A DNA stretch of 64,000 nucleotides from the human T2T-CHM13v2.0 reference genome, Homo sapiens: assembly GCF_009914755.1 (NCBI RefSeq), contig NC_060926.1. The stretch is one strand, 5' to 3'. Made by a program: the position numbers and the translations under genes. How positions within the stretch are numbered: the stretch's first letter is position 1; each line of letters begins with the position of its first letter. The notes beneath the pieces were generated by a model. The model was not told the origin of the DNA. It saw only the letters and a program-made list of their open reading frames with translations, and ran no database searches. Positions 55,432 to 64,000 of the stretch are shown piece by piece.

Positions 55432-55983
55432 AATGACAGTGCCTCTTCCATAGGGTCACTGCGGGGGTGAAATAGATCTGAAACATAAGTTACTTAGGAT
55501 AATGACAGTGCCTCTTCCGTAGGGTCACTGCGAGGGTGAAATAGATCCGAAACGTAAGTTACTTAGGATAATGACAGTGCCTCTTCCATAGGATCACTGC
55601 GAGAGGGAAATAGATCCGAAAGGTGAATTACTTAGGATAATGACAGTGCCTCTTCCATAGGGTCACTGCGAGGGTGAAATAGATCCGAAAGGTGAATTAC
55701 TTAGGATAATGACAGTGCCTCTTCCATAGGGTCACTGCGAGGGTGAAATAGATCCGAAAGGTGACCTACTTAGGATAATGACAGTGCCTCTTCCATAGGG
55801 TCACTGCGAGGGTGAAATAGATCTGAAAGGTGACCTACTTAGGATAATGACAGTGCCTCTTCCATAGGGTAACTGCGGGGGTGAAATAGATCCAAAAGGT
55901 GAATTACTTAGGATAATGACAATGCCTCTTCCATAGGGTCACTGCGGGGGTGAAATAGATCCGAAACGTGAATTACTTAGGAT
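55432..55983. repeat. 69-bp VNTR, 8 copies, derived from a MIR core
   Basis: Unit AATGACAGTGCCTCTTCCATAGGGTCACTGCGAGGGTGAAATAGATCCGAAAGGTGAATTACTTAGGAT. The flank continues as the MIR tail AGAGCCTGGCACAAAG. Confidence 0.95.
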
Positions 55984-56922
55984 AGAGCCTGGCACAAAGC
56001 CAGCTCGTAATGAGTGATGGCCTTTATTTAGTTCTCTGTTGTTGTTACAGCTACTGCTGCCACTATCATATATGACCAGTTCTTATAATCAGGTGACATG
56101 CCCCGCAGTGTGGGTATGAAAGGAAGCACAAGCCATTCAATGCAGCACTGTGCCCTCGCTCCAGATGGTCCCCAGTGGAGAGGAAAATGATCATGAGGAT
56201 GTGCTAAATGTGCATATGCCAGCCATGAGCTCCTCCCTTCACCTCCCTCCTCTGTTTCCTTCTTACAGCCCAGTGGTGTGAGCCCATTGTCAGATGAGGG
56301 AACCCCACAGCGTGGCTGAGATCGGGTGGAGTCAGTCCTACCAGCAGGCAGCAGGCAGAGGGGAGTGTAGACACCACCTTCCCGTGACAAACCCAGGTGC
56401 TGGAATCCTGCTGGGTCTTCTCAAACATTTACTCACAAAGCAAACACTCACGTGTGCCTACTGAGTGCCAGGGCTGTTAGTGCTGGCCGTGGTGGAATGA
56501 ACAAATGCAGGACGCCCTCTGTGCTGAGGCCCTCAGCAAACACACAGGCTCGTGATGGCTCCACGGCAAGATGCATGGACGTGCACAGCATTCCTGAAGG
56601 CTGCTTCCTGTTCTTCCCATCCATAGGGAGGCCTTCAGGGAGTCCCTGGACATCGTGCTCCAGTGCCCCACTCACTGGCCTCAGCATGGCCTGCACGGAT
56701 GGGGCCTCCTGCCTCTCCTGCTTCTGCAGCACTGCCCGGGGAAGTGAGGGGCTCAGAAGACCCAAACCCTGTTCTCATGAACCAATGGGAAGTGACAGAG
56801 AAGGGTGAGGAGGTGCCCTGTGAGACACCACAGGGGAGAAATTCTCTTTCTTGGACCTATTGAACTTTTCTTTGTCTCGAGTGAACACTTTATTTGTGGC
56901 CTGAATTTCTGGTAAAAATGAC

Positions 56923-57226
<304 letters not shown>

Positions 57227-57484
57227 TAATGAACAAGTTACTACATAGTTCCTGAACTTAAATTAGCCCTCTTTATTAATATTTAATATGGACTATTTAG
57301 AAATGCCACTGCATGACAGGGAAGTAGAAAAAATATATTTTTCTAAATTGTACTAAAAAATAATATACTACAGAGACAGTTTTAAAATAAAATATGTGAA
57401 CGAAATTTCAAGATTTTTCAAATTCTGAAACATACACGTTCTGTTTTTGTCTCGAGTACTCGTAATTTTCAGTCATGAGCTAAA

Positions 57485-57518
57485 ATACACACACATGCAC
57501 ACACACACACATGCACAC
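57485..57518. repeat. Imperfect (CA)n microsatellite
   Basis: Direct reading. Confidence 0.8.
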
Positions 57519-59691
57519 TCTCCTTATTTTCCAAAGCATGAAGGCTTAAAGTAAACAGGCATGTGTGCAATGCACACCTTTCCTCTCTGTTACCACAGGC
57601 ACAGAGGGAGGTGGTGGCCAGAGCCGACAGGGAGTGACAGGCTGTGGTTGTAATGAAGGCCACCAGCCATCATTTATGGATGAAAGCTTCCTTGGTTAAA
57701 TTTTGTACGTTCCAATGTATTTATTCTTTAAAAACTGGACAGCTTATTAAAAAGGCGATTTACACATTTTGACTTTCTCCGGCATTGAAGCTTTGACGAG
57801 CAATTAAGAATTCTCAGTTTTTAGGGTCAAATTTTATAGTTACTGGAATCCCACAGCACAAGGGAAGCAGAAGGTTGGAAGAGTGGTCATTGGTAGCGGA
57901 TGTAGCAGGGGTCTCGGTTTGGGGCTTTAATGACAACTGCTAATGCTCTGTGATTGGTTTCCGCTGAAACAGATGATTTGAAAAAGGGTCAAATCTGTTG
58001 AGGTGTGTTTTGTGACAGGAAGATTCCCAGCGGTGTGGGCGGGATTCGGAGGCCTTTCTGCATGTGGACAGGAAGACCGCAGCGAAGGCAGGCAGTGTGA
58101 CCGGACACATGAGAGCTGGGCTGTGGGGCTTTTCCCGGCAGGAGCCGCAGGGTGCAGGGTTGAGGCTGGCACTGAGCCCACAGTCAAGAGCGCAGGAAGA
58201 AGGGCTTAAACAGACTGGCTGTCTTCCACAGGAGGTGGAGACCTGAGCACGTAACTTCAATTCCTTAATGTCCTAATACGTTAAGACGTGTGCTTTGAAC
58301 GTTATTGGAATAAATTTATTTCTCTTAGCCAAAAACTGAATTGATTCACTTTCTAGAGTATAAGTCTATTTTCAGTTTTCTCTTTGGAACTGAAAAATTC
58401 TCTAAGGGCATGAGGAAACCCTGGGAGGAGGGTAGACTTTTCAAAAGTGCCGACACAGTCAGTGCTTGACTTCCCCATGGATGGCGAGTGTCTGGGAGCT
58501 GGTTTGGTTTCTTCTCGGGGGACCCCGGGGTGCCAAGCGCTCTGCCTTCACTTGGTGTGGCTTTGCTTACAGCAGCTTCCTACAATCTCATGTGTGTCCA
58601 TCAAAGAGCATGTTAGCTCCTGAGCAGCAGATGCTCTGTGAATTTTAGCTCCGATAATGACCTTGGCCACGTGAACACCATCCTAAAGGGCCTGAGCGGC
58701 CACCACGAGGCGGGTAGAGAGGCCGGGTTCCAACTGTGAGCCACGGAGGAAACTCGGAGGAAACCGTGAAACTCGGAGGAAACAAAGGCCCAGAAATGCC
58801 CTGGAAGAAGCGGCTCCTGATCTTGCATCCAGACGTGCCTGAAAGCAGATTGCATGACTTACACTAGTTACCCGGCTTCTATAACAATAAACCAAACAGT
58901 GAACCAACAGTGAGCCACGCTGTGAACTTTCTTTCCCTGTTTCATTAACATGTTAGTATCTGCCATCAGCATTCATGTCAACAACTTTCACAGTTTCTGT
59001 TCATTTGATACTTAATTTTTATTGTTTTCTTTGATAAATTACAGACTAATAATGTTTATATGGTACTTACGGGCTTACAAATAACTTTGTTTCAGTTATC
59101 CCATTTGTTCCTCTCAGTATTCCTATTTTGTGGTACGGTTGGCATTTGAAGCCCATCGTACGGACAAGGAAAGCCCAGCTCAGAGGTGAGATGTCCAGCC
59201 TGCCTCATGAAGCTATGGCATAAACGTGCCTGGACTGCAGACGCCTTCCTTTTTATTGCAGGACACAGCCGTCTGCCCCTCGTGCGAGTCCGTGAGCCTC
59301 TGGGGCTCCACGTGCATTCACTGCCTCAGGGGGCAAAGCTGATGATCTTTCTCAAGACCACAGCATCGATAAAGGGTCCTTCATGGAGCCTGGGTCCACT
59401 GTCTCTACCTCACATCTTATTCCTGCTACATCAATGATGGTGTAAACCTCCAAAGGCAGAGTTAGGACTCTGGACTCAGATTCCTTCTCACCACTGACTT
59501 TACGGGGATGACCACAGTACTGACCCTGCTGAGAGCACCCAGTGTTCAGTCATCCATGCATTTGGTGCATACGTCACCAACCCTGAGAATCAGGAAATGC
59601 CAACTCCCTGAGAAGACACTGTCGTTAGTACATGTGAGCTGGAGCCAAGCGGTGACCACGCGTGTCCTTCACACGCCCTCACGCGCAACCA

Positions 59692-60447
59692 GGGACCCCC
59701 AATTCATGAGAGGGGGGACCCCTGCCCCCATGCTGCCCTGAGGTCCCTGCAGGCCCCACCAGGCACCCCCGATTCATGAGAGGGGGCGCCCCTACCCCAC
59801 GCTGCCCTGAGGTCCCTACAGGCCCCACCAGGCACCCCCGATTCATGAGAGGGGGCGCCCCTACCCCGTGCTGCCCTGAGGTCCCTGCAGGCCCCACCAG
59901 GCACACCCTATTCATGAGAGGGGGGCCCCTGCCCCATGCTGCCCTGAGGTCCCTGCAGTCCCCACCAGGCACCCCCGATTCATGAGAGGGGGGACCCCTG
60001 CCCCACGCTGCCCTGAGGTCCCTGCAGGCCCCACCAGGCACCCCCGATTCATGAGAGGGGGCGCCCCTACCCCGTGCTGCCCTGAGGTCCCTGCAGGCCC
60101 CACCAGGCACACCCTATTCATGAGAGGGGGCGCCCCTACCCCATGCTGCCCTGAGGTCCCTGCAGGCCCCACCAGGCACACCCTATTCATGAGAGGGGGG
60201 CCCCTGCCCCACGCTGCCCTGAGGTCCCTGCAGTCCCCACCAGGCACCCCCGATTCATGAGAGGGGGGACCCCTGCCCCACGCTGCCCTGAGGTCCCTGC
60301 AGGCCCCACCAGGCACCCCCGATTCATGAGAGGGGGGCCCCTGCCCCATGCTGCCCTGAGGTCCCTGCAGGCCCCACGAGGCACCCCCGATTCATGAGAG
60401 GAGGCACCCTTACCCCCACGCTGCCCCAGGATCCCTGCAGGCCCCCT
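59692..60447. repeat. GC-rich 68-70-bp VNTR, ~11 copies
   Basis: ATTCATGAGAG recurs at 59702, 59772, 59841, 59910, 59978, 60047, 60116, 60185, 60253, 60322 and 60390. Confidence 0.97.
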
Positions 60448-61668
60448 AGTCTAGCCGGATCCAGGCAAAGCTGCCCCTGGCCCACACTGGCACCACCTCC
60501 TGTTCCTCCCCAGGCCTTTGGAGAAGAACAGGCTCTTCTGAAAGAATAAAAGCGTAGAGCTCTGAGATGGGGAAAATTGGAGGATGGGACACAGGGAACT
60601 TTTGAGGATTCTTCTAAAGTCTGTTTTTGGTCTGAGAGTTGGTTGGCCAAGAGTATGGAATACATGACTGTTTATCGAGGTGTTCACTGGTGAGTTGTGT
60701 GCGTGTGTGTGTGTCCTGTAGCTCAATGTAAAATATGCCTAAAAATAATAGTCTCTGACCTCTTCATGTGGGGAGCCAGGGAACTTGGCTGTCGTCCGCA
60801 ATAATCTACTTGACCCAGCTGTTTATTAACCACTAGATTAAGGTCAGCCTTGCTTTGTATATGTCGCACCAGTTAACATGAACAAATGAGAAATGATGGC
60901 AATGAACCCATTTTTAGTTAGCACTTACTTTAATAAGAATTAATGGATACTTGGACAAAAGTGTAGATATAAGTCTGTCAATATTTAATAAGCACCTAAT
61001 TCATGTGGAATATTACACAATCTGCCTAAAATAGTCTCCCAGCATTTTGAAGTGTATAGATTAATTTATTATAGCAGACATCCAGGACCAAAGGCCCCAC
61101 GGGAAGCGATGGATCCTGAGGGACAGGTGCTCCCCAGGAGGACCAGGAAAGGTGATCAGAAAGGGCTGTGCGAAGGTGGAGGCAGAGCTGCCTGCCCTCC
61201 CCATGCAGGGGACCTGCTTCCTCTGGCTTCTTCCCCTCTCCGGCTCCACACAGTCACCTCCACCTTCACCTCTGTCCTCCTGCCAAGTCAAGAGTATCTT
61301 GTTCATCGCCATCAGGCAGAATATCAGCCACAAGTAGATAAACCTCACATTCTGATTCAAGAAACACTAATTAGAATGAGAATGACCCCTAGACAGGGAT
61401 GTCCGCTTTTTAAAAGAATGACTTTTAAAATAGCAAACTCTGGTCTGATAGATTTGGCTCAAAAATATGCAGAACTGTGTTATACCATCTCTGTTTCCTA
61501 CCCCTCCTCCTACACACCCCACCTTGCCTAAGAAAGCAGCGATGACACTCACATTTGAAAGATTATTAGAACACAGCTTAGTGATGACTTATTTTTTTAA
61601 AAAAATATGTTTGCTTTGTTCTGTATTTTATCTTCAGTTAGCTGCTTGAGACCATGGAGGTATTATGA

Positions 61669-62029
<361 letters not shown>

Positions 62030-64000
62030 TAAAAGTGTACATGACATTTCTCTTTTGCAAATAGGCATATGTAAAGTATGTTTTTAAAAAATGTTGCATG
62101 ACAGGGAAGAACTACTGAATTAGAGACGGTTGGTTGTTAATACTTTGCCATGATTGAGTTCTCAGCAAGTGGAGTGTCATGGAGCAATGGAAGGGGACTA
62201 TGTTCTCCCAAAGCTCCCCTGTCAATCAGAAGCACACAGGTGGTCCTAGAGAAGGGTGGATGCTGAGTGCAGAGGGTGCTGGGCTGCTCCAGCCTCACCC
62301 CATCAGGAGCTTTAAGTGCTCCATCCAAAGGGTCTTCGAAAGAATAACCAGTAAGAATCCTGCAGACAATAACTCCAGAATTTCAGGAGCACTGTTCTTT
62401 CCTTGACAAAGTGCTTTTCATGTTTCATCGAATTAGAAGTAGCTCCTGTTACCAAGGGAATTCGGGGTTTGGTCTTGGTCTCAGCGAGCCTGCTGACTGT
62501 ACTGAGGCGCCTGAGGAAGTGGTGCAGTTGCCCCATGTCCTGGGTCCAGGGTAGAGCCCTGCTGAGCATCAGCCTTGAAACTCACGGAGGCAGGCCCGCT
62601 CCCGTCGCTGCGGGGCCTCCTGGACAGCTCTCTCCCTCCCCAGGTGGAATGCGTTCGAGGTGCTCGCCCTGGACGGAGTCAGCTCTGGGATCCTCCGGTT
62701 TTACACAGCCCAGGATGGCACCGACTGGCTGCGGGCGGTCTCAGCCAACATCAGGGAGCTGACACTTCAGAACGTGAGCACACGGTGTTTCTGAGTCTCT
62801 GCTGATGCTCATTCGTGCATGAAAAATAATGGAGACATCATGTTTCTGATGATTTATGATTAACCCAAAACAGAAAATCATGTACTTGTTTCAATGTGTC
62901 AAATCTATGTCTAAAAACATTAAAAATCAAGCCATCAGAATGTTTCCAAATCAAAGAGTAAGGCAATGTCTAACAGCTGAGAATTTCCCATCTGGTTTTG
63001 TCTTCCTCCTCCCCTCTGTCTGCCTCTGTCTCTCTCCCTCCCTTCCTCTCTCTTTCTCTCCACACACATATACAGAAATAGTTATATGTCATAATTTTAT
63101 ATTTTACCCAAATGCATTGATACAGTGTGACATTTTGAGTTGGGGAAACCTAATTGAGTTAAAAGTATAATTCTCCCAAACATTATGAAGATTTAGAAAA
63201 AGGCATAATTGAGCAAAAACATTACTTCTCAAATTTGTACTGCAGTCCCCCAGAAACGAAAAATTATTCTGTCCCCTTAAGTGATGTTTGATATTAAAAG
63301 TCAACAGGATTTTAAAAATTAAAGAAATGAAAAGAGATGGGGTGGGAACGAAGACTTGATGACACGGGCGTTGCCTGGAGTGATGGGTGCCTGGACTCGG
63401 ACATGGAGCCGTGGCCGCAGCCCTGGCAACTGTGGCAGGACTGGCCGTGCCTGGAGGCGGCCCTGGACCAGCCTTGCTGCCCTTGCTCCCTCTAAGCTGA
63501 GTTGCCCTGTAATTGCACTTCGATCCCTGCTCTGTTCCTTCGCAGCCTGGAGAATGCAGAGGCTGGGTCCAGCTTGCAGACTGGCCAGGCGTGGCCCACC
63601 CTGCGGCCCTGCAGATGCACCCGCCCTGCCCCTGCCCTGCCCACCACCTCACGTCTCCCTTGCAACCTCCCTTCTTCCTGTGGCTGCAAAACAGAAGTTA
63701 ACCTAACACTGGGGGAAGCAGCAATGTGTGACATTTCTCCTGTGAAGACCTCAGGGGCTTCCTTTCTGCAAGCAGAGAAGGAAGTACCAGGACCTTCCTA
63801 ACATTGTAGTTTTCAAACGCAACACTTTAAATTCCAAAGTTATCTCAATAAATAGGGAAGAAAGGATGGTGCTTGACTCATATTTGTGACGAGGAGTGCC
63901 CTTCAGTTCTGTCATTTCACAAATCAGCCCTCATAGGCAGGGCAGAGAAGTCAGACACCCCAATATTTCAGAACAGAAATGTGGACTCTGAGCCGCCTCC

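Noticed and set aside
59775-59792. CTCF site in the GC-rich VNTR (AGGGGGCGC)
   Set aside because: The 5' CCASY part of the motif is absent.

Overview
Primate, most likely human, genomic DNA. I could not identify any protein-coding gene, RNA gene or prokaryote-type system. The left ~41 kb is AT-rich and packed with transposon fossils: a 5'-inverted L1PA3/4, an L1PA7-like and an L1PA4/5-like copy, two L1MA copies, a complete MSTA LTR-internal-LTR provirus, solo THE1/MSTA/MLT LTRs, MER2/MER44/Tigger3/MER6A DNA transposons and Alus. The right ~23 kb is GC-rich and looks subtelomeric. It holds a 1.6 kb (TCTCTG)-type pyrimidine tract, a ~55-copy 70-bp VNTR with a 420-bp higher-order repeat, a CpG-rich solo LTR12C (ERV9) pointing toward that VNTR, a MIR-derived 69-bp VNTR and a GC-rich 69-bp VNTR. 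All long ORFs are L1 ORF2 remnants or by-products of repeats. The best candidate for a 'system' is speculative: a minus-strand LTR12C promoter upstream of a VNTR whose minus strand is almost stop-free in every frame, followed by a GA-rich tract and candidate minus-strand exons. Several fold-back or template-switch scars and atypical L1 junctions are directly visible. Repeat subfamily names come from my recall of consensus sequences and were not checked by a search.
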